A DNA stretch of 64,000 bases. It comes from Candidatus Enterousia sp. GTDB lineage: Bacteria; Pseudomonadota; Alphaproteobacteria; Rs-D84. The stretch lies in NCBI GenBank assembly GCA_045648945.1, contig JAZROX010000052.1, positions 8,417 to 72,416 of the forward strand. The letters are read 5' to 3'. A program made the position numbers and the translations under genes. Shown here one piece after another: positions 27,958 to 36,697 of this stretch (positions within the stretch are counted from its first letter, which is position 1; each line of letters opens with the position of its first letter). A model generated the notes under the pieces. The model was not told where the DNA came from, made no database searches, and saw only the letters and a list, made by a program, of their open reading frames with translations.

Positions 27958-29222
27958 ACGTCAAACCCCTTGTTAAATTCGTCGATGATTATTTGTATCG
28001 TTTTGTCCCAAGAAAATAACTTTGAACGTGCAAGTCCACGTGTTGCCATGGATTTGCGATATTTTTCATCAAAGTAATATTTTTCGTATGCCGCGATATG
28101 TTGTTTGTTGTTATCCCAATCTATGGTTATACCGGCATCACCAACAACCTCTGGCAAAGAAGAATTATTTGATGTAATAACCGGACATCCACATTTCATT
28201 GCCTCTAGTGGTGGCAACCCAAAACCTTCGTATTGTGAAGTGTAAACAAACCACTGGGCCCCAGAATACAACGCCGCCAAATCCGCATCATCAACGTATC
28301 CGGCACGAATGATTTTATTGCGATATTTCCCCAGGTCTTGAATTTCGCCTTCAAGTTTTTCAATAAATTTATTCCAATGCCCGCCACCAAGAACAAAAAC
28401 CATATCGTCAATTTTGTTTTTTTTGATAAATTCTATGAATGTTTTGATTGCACGAATTAAATTCTTGCGTGGTTCCAATGTGCAAAGTGAAAATATGTAT
28501 TTTTTATTGGTTGGAATATTATACTTTTCAAGAATTTTTCTTATCTTGCTTTTGTCTTGCTCTTGATAAAAATTGTCACCCGCCGCCAAAGGTGTCACAA
28601 TAATATCATCTGGGTGCACGTTTAACAGTCTAACAAAGTCGTTTTTTGTGGATTGAGATATTGCAAAATATTTGCATTTCGGTTTCGATTTTATGTATTT
28701 AATTAATGTGTCATACCAAAAATTCTTTTTACACCGGAGTGCGTCATAGTAATTCGGTAACAGTATTGGAATCGCATCATATAAAACAACGTATTTCTTG
28801 GTGGCCTTGATTTTATTCGATGGAATGTATATCGGAGATATCACAATATCAAAATTTTGTGTTTTGTGTAATCGGCCAATCATATGAATCGGTTTTCGGA
28901 CAAATATGTTTAGTAATAATTTTGTGATATTACATCTTTTCGCCCGCAATTTCGTATCCAAAATCGATAGCTTGTTTAATAAAACTGCATATTTATTTCC
29001 AAAATAAATTTTTATATCTTTGCCAAAATTCTTTTCCACGAAAGCAATAAAATCTTTGCTGCACACATTGTTGCAAAATAAAGAAATATCAAATTGTTGC
29101 GATTTTACAAGGTTTGTTAATATGTTATATGCGGCAAAGTATATACCAGAACGCCCGGCGGAAAAATTGGAAATGTTATCCGAAATAACAGATGCGTCGA
29201 ATAATAAGGTTTTCTTACTCAT
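27954..29222 (-). CDS. Glycosyltransferase, GT4 family
   Basis: [36 protein letters not shown]. First gene of the minus-strand glycan operon. Confidence 0.85.
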   Translation of the reverse strand: MSKKTLLFDASVISDNISNFSAGRSGIYFAAYNILTNLVKSQQFDISLFCNNVCSKDFIAFVEKNFGKDIKIYFGNKYAVLLNKLSILDTKLRAKRCNITKLLLNIFVRKPIHMIGRLHKTQNFDIVISPIYIPSNKIKATKKYVVLYDAIPILLPNYYDALRCKKNFWYDTLIKYIKSKPKCKYFAISQSTKNDFVRLLNVHPDDIIVTPLAAGDNFYQEQDKSKIRKILEKYNIPTNKKYIFSLCTLEPRKNLIRAIKTFIEFIKKNKIDDMVFVLGGGHWNKFIEKLEGEIQDLGKYRNKIIRAGYVDDADLAALYSGAQWFVYTSQYEGFGLPPLEAMKCGCPVITSNNSSLPEVVGDAGITIDWDNNKQHIAAYEKYYFDEKYRKSMATRGLARSKLFSWDKTIQIIIDEFNKGFDV

Positions 29223-29429
29223 AATGGGCGCCTATTGTAAAAACTCCATAATTTTGTTAACATTTAACAGCCGCTTTTGTTTAATGTATCGGCATTATAA
29301 AATAAAAAATCATAAGTTTCAATAAATTAAACCTGTTTTTTATATGGTGGCCAAAATGAAAAAATAAAGCATTTTATCGTTAAATTTGTATGGTTGTAAT
29401 TTGAAATTTTTGGGTTATAATCAAAAAAC

Positions 29430-30191
29430 ATGTATAAAAATCAAGATATTTTAAATTCTTTCTATGCGGCGGCTGATGCGAAGCACAGACGTTACAATAC
29501 GATGTATATAAATTCGATTGATGGCAATCGTATTATCGGTGTGCGGACGCCGAAATTGCGTGCGATGGCCTGTGATATGGTGGAAAATGGCACGTGGCGT
29601 GATTTTGTTGCCGATTTGCCGCACCATTTTTTTGAGGAAAATCAAGTGCATGCGTTTATTATTTCGGAAATTAAAGATTTTGATTTCGTGATCGATGCGG
29701 TTGATAGATTTTTGCCGTATGTTGATAATTGGGCCACATCCGACCAGATGTCACCAAAGATATTTTCAAAAAATACCAAAAAATTGTTGCCGTATATACA
29801 AAAATGGATTAAGTCGGATAATGTTTATGCGGTGCGTTTCGCAATAATTTGCCTTATGCGGTATTATTTGACCGACAGGTTTGATGAAAAATATGTTCGT
29901 ATGGTTGCGGACATTAAATCCAAAGAATACTATATAAACATGGCACGTGCGTGGTATTTTGCCACCGCCGCCGCGAAGCAATTTGATACGGTTTTGCCGT
30001 ATTTCGCACAATTGGATCTTTGGACGCGTACGCGCGCGATTGAAAAATCATTTCAATCCTATCGCGTGGACGAAGAAAATAAGTTAAAATTGAAAGAATT
30101 TAGGCAAAGGATAAAAGATGAACAACGTATTAGATGCAATAAAAAATCGTCGATCCGTTTACGGAATAAACAAGAATTTACCGATTTTTAA
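29430..30191 (+). CDS. DNA alkylation repair protein (AlkD-like HEAT-repeat family)
   Basis: The pattern GVRTPKLRAMA...W..F...LPHHFFEENQVHAF...YVDNWATSD is typical of the DNA_alkylation family. Confidence 0.65.
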   Translation: MYKNQDILNSFYAAADAKHRRYNTMYINSIDGNRIIGVRTPKLRAMACDMVENGTWRDFVADLPHHFFEENQVHAFIISEIKDFDFVIDAVDRFLPYVDNWATSDQMSPKIFSKNTKKLLPYIQKWIKSDNVYAVRFAIICLMRYYLTDRFDEKYVRMVADIKSKEYYINMARAWYFATAAAKQFDTVLPYFAQLDLWTRTRAIEKSFQSYRVDEENKLKLKEFRQRIKDEQRIRCNKKSSIRLRNKQEFTDF

Positions 30192-30705
30192 AGATAAAAT
30201 TGTGGATTTGGTGCGTGAATGTGTGCGGTATGTGCCGGACGCATTTAATATGCAAAGTCAACGGGTTGTTGTTTTGATGGATGGGCGGCACGAAAAATTT
30301 TGGGATGCGGTTTATGATGAATTGGTTCGGGCGACCGGTAATGAATTGCCACGTGAACGTATTGATTCTTTTGCAAAAGGTGCGGGAACGATTCTTTATT
30401 TTTATGATTCTGCGGTTGTCGAAGAAATGCGGCGACAATATCCACTGTATGCGGCAAATTTTCATGATTGGGTTATGCAATCGAATGGAATGTTGCAATT
30501 TGCGATATGGACTGCACTGGAAACATATGGGGTTGGGGCGAACCTGCAACACTATAATCCGGTCATAGATAAAATGGTGCGTGAAATGTTTAATTTGCCG
30601 GATGCGTGGACATTGGTTGCGCAAATGCCATTTGGCGGAATCGAAAAAACGCCGGCACCAAAGAGTTTTGAAGATATCAATCTGCGTGTAAAAATTGAAA
30701 AATAG
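30118..30705 (+). CDS. Nitroreductase-family protein
   Basis: N-terminal LDAIKNRRSVY signature. 195 aa. Overlaps the upstream ORF by 74 nt. Confidence 0.8.
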   Translation: MNNVLDAIKNRRSVYGINKNLPIFKDKIVDLVRECVRYVPDAFNMQSQRVVVLMDGRHEKFWDAVYDELVRATGNELPRERIDSFAKGAGTILYFYDSAVVEEMRRQYPLYAANFHDWVMQSNGMLQFAIWTALETYGVGANLQHYNPVIDKMVREMFNLPDAWTLVAQMPFGGIEKTPAPKSFEDINLRVKIEK

Positions 30706-30817
30706 ACCAAAAGACCACTTCCCGGTGTTCCACACCGTACTCCTCCACAGAAGGAGAACTATTTTTGCTTGATTTTTATAACTGGCTGGGTATAATCATT
30801 TGGCAAATTATCCATTG

Positions 30818-30891
30818 GCCCTAATAGTCTAGTGGTAAAACACGTCCTTGGTAAGGACGAGTCGCAAGTCCGATTCTTGCTTAGGGCACCA
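30818..30891 (+). tRNA. tRNA-Thr (GGT)
   Basis: Acceptor stem GCCCTAA/TTAGGGC, anticodon stem CGTCC/GGACG with loop TTGGTAA, T arm GCAAG-TCCGATT-CTTGC, and encoded CCA. Confidence 0.9.
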
Positions 30892-31068
30892 CAGATGCAT
30901 CATCTGGTTTGCGTTTGTTCGTTTTTGTTTCAGGTCGTGTATGTTTTTATACACTCCCATCACAAAAACTTTACAATACGCACCATCTAATACATTTGTG
31001 GCACCATGCGGGCACTGCGTTGTTTGGTTTGCGGTTGTTCGTTTGTTGGTTTATGAAGAGGTTTTATT

Positions 31069-31608
31069 ATGATAAAGACTTTCCCGTCTGAAGTAATTGG
31101 TCAGAATATTAAATTGGTGAAATTGTCGCCCGTGTTGGAAAATGCAAAAATCGTTTTTGATATAATTGTTGCAAATCGTGACGAATTCAGACCTTGGTTG
31201 GAATGGACGGATTCTGTACAAAAACCGGAAGACGAACTTCCCGTTTTAGAAGGGGATAAAGATTCTGCGGAATGGTTTATTCAATGGAATAAAAAAATTG
31301 TTGGTCGGATTGGGTTTGTGAATTTATCAAAAAATAATAATTTTGGCGAGGTCGGGTATTTTTTGGATAAAAGGGCCGGCGGACGCGGTATAATGACGGA
31401 TGCGTTTGTTTTACTTGAAAAAAATGCGTTCGAAAATTGGGGTTTCAATAGAATAGAAATAAAAATAGATTCGGATAACGTTAAATCTTTGGGTGTGGCA
31501 AGACGTATGGGGTATACCAAAGAGGCATTATTGCGTCAGGACCATTTTATAAATGGGGTATATCGTGATACGGTTTTATTTTCTAAATTGAAATCGGAAT
31601 ACAAATAA
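31069..31608 (+). CDS. GNAT-family N-acetyltransferase (RimJ/RimL-like)
   Basis: KRAGGRGIMTDAF (acetyl-CoA-binding R/Q-x-x-G-x-G/A motif). 179 aa. Confidence 0.7.
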   Translation: MIKTFPSEVIGQNIKLVKLSPVLENAKIVFDIIVANRDEFRPWLEWTDSVQKPEDELPVLEGDKDSAEWFIQWNKKIVGRIGFVNLSKNNNFGEVGYFLDKRAGGRGIMTDAFVLLEKNAFENWGFNRIEIKIDSDNVKSLGVARRMGYTKEALLRQDHFINGVYRDTVLFSKLKSEYK

Positions 31609-31850
31609 TAGCACAGAAATTTCGTATTTTATTACTTGCAATCTGGATATTTTAGAAATAAAATTCAATAGAATTTTTTTGGATTTGGCGATGATGTGAC
31701 TAACAACCACGGAGCCGGATTCAAAAATAAAAAAGTGATAAATTCGGGTGGCACCGCGCATAGTGTTTTTATGCGCCCCGAAAAGAAAATTGTTTAACCG
31801 TGGGTGCCAAAATTCATTGATTTTGTCGCCCAAAAACAAAAGGCGAAAAA

Positions 31851-33620
31851 ATGTTATCACTTAAATCAAAATACAGAACGCATACTTGTGGGGAATTGAC
31901 CGCGAAAAATGTGGGCGAAACCGTCACATTGTCGGGTTGGGTTCATCGTAAACGCGATCATGGGTCATTGTTGTTTATTGACTTGCGCGATAATTATGGA
32001 ATTACCCAGGTTGTTTTGGACGGCGGAAATGACGATTTGGAACGCGTGCGGCCGGAATCTGTGTTGCAGATAACCGGAAAGGTTGTCGCGCGTGATGCGT
32101 CACAAATAAATGAAAAAATCCCAACCGGGGAAATCGAGATTCAGGTTGAATCTTGGAATGTTTTGACATCGGCCGATGTTTTGCCTTTCCAGGTTTTTGG
32201 TGATGACGATACAAGTGAAGAATTGCGTTATAAATATCGTTTCTTGGATTTACGGCGCGAAAAATTGCACCACAATATTTTGATGCGTAACAAAATGGTA
32301 AAATGGTTGCGCGATAAAATGTGGGATTTGGGTTTTTCGGAATTTCAAACACCGTTGCTGACGGCTGATTCGCCCGAAGGTGCACGTTGTTTCCTTGTTC
32401 CTTCGCGTTTGAATCATGGTAAATTCTATGCGTTGCCCCAGGCACCCCAGATGTTTAAACAATTGTTACAGGTGTCGGGTTTTGACCGTTATTTCCAAAT
32501 TGCGCCTTGTTTCCGCGATGAAGATTTGCGTTCGGACAGATTGTTGGAATTTTATCAATTGGATGTTGAAATGTCCTTTGTTGATTTACCAGACATTCAA
32601 AAGGTTGGCGAGGTTGTAATTCCAGAATTAATCAAGACTTTTGCACCGGATGCCAATGTTTATCCGGAAATTCCGCATATTTCGTTTGATGATGCAATGT
32701 TGAAATATGGGTCCGATAAACCGGATTTGCGTAACCCGATTTTGATTTCTGATGTGACGGATATTTTCCGCGGGTCGGATTTTGGAATCTTTGCAAATGC
32801 GGTTGAAAATGGCGCCGTTGTTCGCGCGATTCCGGCACCAAAAAGTTCGGATAAACCGCGGTCTTGGTTTGATAAACTTACCGAATATGCAACCAAAGAA
32901 TTGGGGCTTGGTGGATTGGCCTATATTGTTTTTGCCGATGAACCAAAAGGTCCGGTCGCGAAAAAATTGGATGCGGACCGCATTGCCAAGTTGCATGAAA
33001 TCGCCGGTGACAATTCATCGTTGTTCTTTGTATGCGATATGGAAGAGCCAGCGTCCAAAGCCGCGGGTAAATTGCGTAATAAACTTGGGGCGGATTTGGG
33101 ATTGATTAACCCACGTGATTTTGCGATTTGCTGGGTTGATAATTTTCCGTTCTTTGAACCCGATGAAGAACGGGGCGGGGCACCAAAGTTCACGCATAAC
33201 CCGTTTTCATACCCACTTGCGACATTGGAAGAATTGTCTACGCGTGACCCATTCACGATTAAGGCGGCACAGTTCGATATGGTTATAAATGGTATTGAAA
33301 TGTGCAGTGGGGGACTTCGTAACTATAATCCAGATGTGATGAAAAAATGCTTTGATATTGCCGGATATCCGGAAGAAAAAGTTGAACAAAACTTCTCGGC
33401 GTTATATACAGCATTTAAATATGGCGCGCCACCACACGGTGGGTTCGGGTTTGGTATTGACCGTTTGATTTCCGAAATATTGGGAACTGGTGAAAGTTTG
33501 CGCGAAACGGTTGCGTTCCCGGCAAACCAACGTGGGCAAGATTTGCTTATGGGATCACCGAACGAGGTTACCGAACAACAACTGCGCGATGTGCACATCC
33601 AAGTTCGGAAGAAGAACTAG
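31851..33620 (+). CDS. aspS: Aspartate--tRNA ligase, bacterial type
   Basis: Class II motif 2 CFRDEDLRSDRLLEFYQLDVEMSF and motif 3 GGFGFGIDRL. 589 aa, with a GAD-type insertion. Confidence 0.95.
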   Translation: MLSLKSKYRTHTCGELTAKNVGETVTLSGWVHRKRDHGSLLFIDLRDNYGITQVVLDGGNDDLERVRPESVLQITGKVVARDASQINEKIPTGEIEIQVESWNVLTSADVLPFQVFGDDDTSEELRYKYRFLDLRREKLHHNILMRNKMVKWLRDKMWDLGFSEFQTPLLTADSPEGARCFLVPSRLNHGKFYALPQAPQMFKQLLQVSGFDRYFQIAPCFRDEDLRSDRLLEFYQLDVEMSFVDLPDIQKVGEVVIPELIKTFAPDANVYPEIPHISFDDAMLKYGSDKPDLRNPILISDVTDIFRGSDFGIFANAVENGAVVRAIPAPKSSDKPRSWFDKLTEYATKELGLGGLAYIVFADEPKGPVAKKLDADRIAKLHEIAGDNSSLFFVCDMEEPASKAAGKLRNKLGADLGLINPRDFAICWVDNFPFFEPDEERGGAPKFTHNPFSYPLATLEELSTRDPFTIKAAQFDMVINGIEMCSGGLRNYNPDVMKKCFDIAGYPEEKVEQNFSALYTAFKYGAPPHGGFGFGIDRLISEILGTGESLRETVAFPANQRGQDLLMGSPNEVTEQQLRDVHIQVRKKN

Positions 33621-33662
33621 TGGGTAGTGGTTAGTGTTAGTGGCTAGTGATAGTGGTTAGTG
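33618..33662 (+). repeat. Longest TAGTGGT-type heptamer array (7 units), starting on the aspS stop codon
   Basis: TAGTGGG TAGTGGT TAGTGT TAGTGGC TAGTGA TAGTGGT TAGTG. TAG occurs at offsets 0, 7, 14, 20, 27, 33 and 40, which covers all three frames. Confidence 0.9.
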
Positions 33663-33682
33663 TCGCCCGCGGCTGCGGGCGA
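33663..33682 (+). terminator. GC-rich hairpin after the heptamer array (weak T-run)
   Basis: TCGCCCGC-GGCT-GCGGGCGA followed by TATCTGTT. Confidence 0.4.
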
Positions 33683-33741
33683 TATCTGTTGAATGTTTGT
33701 TTGGTTTGTGATATAATTTTGATGATAAAAAGGAGATAAAA

Positions 33742-34158
33742 ATGGTTGATAAAAAGGCCGTTTATGATACGGGAACCCAAAAAGTTGTTACGTATGCGGA
33801 TGCAATTCAGATGTTTAATGATTTAAATGATGTGTTGGCTGCAGATGGTTTTTATCGATTCCAAGAAAAGTTAAGTGATATGGATGGGATTGGGGTTCCT
33901 GGTTTTTTGTACAAGGGTTATGCTGTGGGTCAGGGGTTGCGCAAAGTTTTAGATAATTTAGGAATAAAATATACCACACATATAAAAAGTGGAACGGGGA
34001 TAAATGAAGAATCCGAGATTTTAACAGCACCTGAATCTGTTGAGAGAATGTTAGATATTTATAAAAAAATCGGGGTCATGCAGGCGCGTCAACATATTGA
34101 AATAAATCATAAACTTGAAAAACGCCCGGATTTTATGTATCAATCTATTCTCAGATAG
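33742..34158 (+). CDS. Hypothetical protein (138 aa)
   Basis: AGGAG Shine-Dalgarno sequence 8 nt upstream of the ATG. No motif recognised. Confidence 0.5.
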   Translation: MVDKKAVYDTGTQKVVTYADAIQMFNDLNDVLAADGFYRFQEKLSDMDGIGVPGFLYKGYAVGQGLRKVLDNLGIKYTTHIKSGTGINEESEILTAPESVERMLDIYKKIGVMQARQHIEINHKLEKRPDFMYQSILR

Positions 34159-34167
34159 TTTTGTTGT

Positions 34168-36645
34168 CTAGAATTTATCGTGGGTTCGTATAAAACTGCG
34201 CATAAAGGCCGGGTCGAAATATCGCATCAATTCAGATATTGAATATCCGCGGCGACCATTTGGTGCAACCGCCAAAGATATGGTTACCGCGTCGGGTGCG
34301 ACCGCCCGCATGGTTATATCAAATTTTGCGGTCATTGCGTTATCGGAAATATCCAATGCCCCGGTTCCATCGGCATGACGAACGGAAAATGTTAATGGAC
34401 GTGTTGTTGTAAAGTTTCCGTTTTTATATTCACCGATAATACGCATATTTTTTAATCGTGTTGTGCCAGATTCCAATGCGGTTATAATACGATCTTCGAC
34501 ATTCAATCGGGTAAGGTTTTCTGAATCCATATAAAATCGATCAAGACCAAGACCGGTAATGTATCCGCCATCAAATGTTAAATCCACGTCCCCAGTCATG
34601 TTGTATTCAATATCGTGTGCAATATGGCCATGTGTGTTAAGGTTTATTTCCGCGGTTATTGATGTGTCCATTATGTTTAACGGGAATTCTTTTGGTAATA
34701 ATTTTCCATCTATTACAAATTTATTTAATTGGATGAAAATATCGTATGTGGAACGCTCTTTGATTATTGTGGCCAACATATTGCCACGTGCATTATCCGT
34801 GATAGAAAATGTCTGGGTCCCAGATTTTAATGAATATACGAAATTTTTGTATGAATTTTGCCCATATACCAATGTGTCCGCAGTAAGGTATATGTTTTGT
34901 GAAAATTCAAATGGTAATAATATCGGCGAATTTGTTAGAAATGATAATTCTTCGTACCTTTCAAAGAAATCAGGTGTTAAAAATACATCTATATCCAATT
35001 TATCGGTGTGCAATGTTAATGAACGTTTGTCGCCCGTACCGGTAAATGTATGCCCGGCGATTTTAAGTGTTAAATCGGATATATCACCCTTTTTATTATA
35101 AAACCCGGTCATAGTGTATTCGTGGGGTTGTATCATGCGCAGGTCCAGATTTGGAAACCAACGTTTAATGTCTTGGCCGGTTATGTAAAAGAAATTATTA
35201 TTAAGTGTCAAAGACCAATCGTTGGTGTTCGGGGTGAATGAAAAACTTTCGCCAACCCATACCATATTACCCGGTGCATCCAGCATAAATTTTGGCAATA
35301 ATTTCATGTGCGGATTTAACCAAGCCAATGTTTTTCCGTAAATATAATCGTATTTTATTGTGGAATCATTTGGTGATATCGTGAATACGCCACCCATGTT
35401 TGCGAATTTAAACCGGATGATGGCGTTGCGTGCGCCGATTCGTTTTACATAAGATTCTAATTCTTTCAAATCAAGTTTGCGGTTCGATGTGATGTTGGCC
35501 TCTATCTTCTTGTCTTTGTATTTTAATGTACCGGATATATCGCCGTAAACAAAGTCTTGGCATTCAAAATTATCGTCCGTTCCAGTGAACATACATTCTG
35601 TTTTTTTGTTATCAACTATGGTGCGAATCATAATTTCATGTGCGCCATGTTCATCGATTGTGCCACCACTGAAAGATGTGTCGTCTGCGATAATTTTGTT
35701 GATTTGTATATATTCTTCGGTTCCCAGGGCGTCAATCATAACATGTTCAAACCTGCGGTTGTTGAAAATCAGGTCGCCGTAAAAATCTACGTGTAATGTT
35801 GTGTCTTTGGTAAAATCAGACGGGTGTGATAAAAACGAAAAGTCAAAAGATGTGTTATCAGATGTAAAATTGATTGTCCGCCATCCGTTGGATTCCAATG
35901 TGACATCGCCACGCAGGTTGTTTGCAACAATATCTGTGAATTTAAAACCGTATCCGCCGTCCCAATAAAAGTTTGCCGTTAAATGAACATTATGTGTTAT
36001 TTTGGGTTCGGCGAATTCAAACCAAGAATTTATTTTATTGGTGTTGATTTCTAATACGCCGGCCGCGCCACCAGATGGGAAATATTCACCAGTTATATTT
36101 AATTTAAGGTTTTTGTTTTTTACCGTAAAATCATTGCCTTGGAAACTTATGTCGTATTTATGTTCGCTGGTTCTGACCAGGCCATTAAAAGTGCCGTTGC
36201 GGAAAAGTCCACGAATAATGCGATAATCTTTTCCCATAAAGTGTAAAACCGCATTGTTCACCGCCATGGCATATTTAAACTGTAACATTGAAAGCGTGTT
36301 CAGGTTGATGTCGGGCCCGTATACGGTTATAACGCTGTCCAATTTTGTGTTTGCCAAGTCAAATAATCCAGAAAAAGGTACGTTTACCGCCAATGTCTTG
36401 GTTCGACCATTTGGGGTTATTACATCGTGCGCAATAAGGTGGGTCGTTCCCAAAAAACCAAAATTCACATCACCTGCGATGGTAAGGTTTACGCCCGTTT
36501 GTGCAAAAATCGCGGCTTCCAGGTGGGGGCGTAATTTATTCAAATTGATAAAATTCGGCGCAACCAAAAGGGCGATGGCAAGAATACCAATCGTGACCAT
36601 AATACCCCAAAATGTCCTGCGCTGATGTTTTGGTTTGATAATCAT
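34168..36645 (-). CDS. AsmA-family outer-membrane biogenesis protein
   Basis: N-terminal membrane anchor followed by APNFINLNKLRPHLEAAIFAQTGVNLTIAGDVNF, typical of the AsmA N-terminus. The remaining 825 aa are long and beta-rich. Confidence 0.6.
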   Translation of the reverse strand: MIIKPKHQRRTFWGIMVTIGILAIALLVAPNFINLNKLRPHLEAAIFAQTGVNLTIAGDVNFGFLGTTHLIAHDVITPNGRTKTLAVNVPFSGLFDLANTKLDSVITVYGPDINLNTLSMLQFKYAMAVNNAVLHFMGKDYRIIRGLFRNGTFNGLVRTSEHKYDISFQGNDFTVKNKNLKLNITGEYFPSGGAAGVLEINTNKINSWFEFAEPKITHNVHLTANFYWDGGYGFKFTDIVANNLRGDVTLESNGWRTINFTSDNTSFDFSFLSHPSDFTKDTTLHVDFYGDLIFNNRRFEHVMIDALGTEEYIQINKIIADDTSFSGGTIDEHGAHEIMIRTIVDNKKTECMFTGTDDNFECQDFVYGDISGTLKYKDKKIEANITSNRKLDLKELESYVKRIGARNAIIRFKFANMGGVFTISPNDSTIKYDYIYGKTLAWLNPHMKLLPKFMLDAPGNMVWVGESFSFTPNTNDWSLTLNNNFFYITGQDIKRWFPNLDLRMIQPHEYTMTGFYNKKGDISDLTLKIAGHTFTGTGDKRSLTLHTDKLDIDVFLTPDFFERYEELSFLTNSPILLPFEFSQNIYLTADTLVYGQNSYKNFVYSLKSGTQTFSITDNARGNMLATIIKERSTYDIFIQLNKFVIDGKLLPKEFPLNIMDTSITAEINLNTHGHIAHDIEYNMTGDVDLTFDGGYITGLGLDRFYMDSENLTRLNVEDRIITALESGTTRLKNMRIIGEYKNGNFTTTRPLTFSVRHADGTGALDISDNAMTAKFDITMRAVAPDAVTISLAVAPNGRRGYSISELMRYFDPAFMRSFIRTHDKF

Positions 36646-36697
36646 AGTTTATTTATCCCCCCTTGTTTTTGTATTATAATGAATTATACTGGTAAAT

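Noticed and set aside
30118-30191. The 74-nt overlap between the AlkD-like and nitroreductase ORFs as evidence of a frameshifted fusion or pseudogene
   Set aside because: Both ORFs have full-length family-typical N- and C-termini and the nitroreductase has its own AAGGA Shine-Dalgarno sequence. The AlkD-like tail is merely basic, low-complexity read-on, so the overlap is more likely real or the result of a late stop.
30892-31068. Direct repeats TGGTTTGCG(T/G)TTGTTCGTTT after tRNA-Thr as a possible att site or island border
   Set aside because: The repeats do not match the tRNA-Thr 3' end. They are only about 120 nt apart and enclose no genes. The small ORFs there (30848-31072, 30909-31091) look spurious.
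31609-31850. Possible T-box or other leader upstream of aspS
   Set aside because: Only short hairpins are present (GCGCAT..ATGCGC and TCGCC..GGCGA). There is no T-box consensus, no specifier/antiterminator arrangement, and no second copy for covariation, so the evidence is insufficient.
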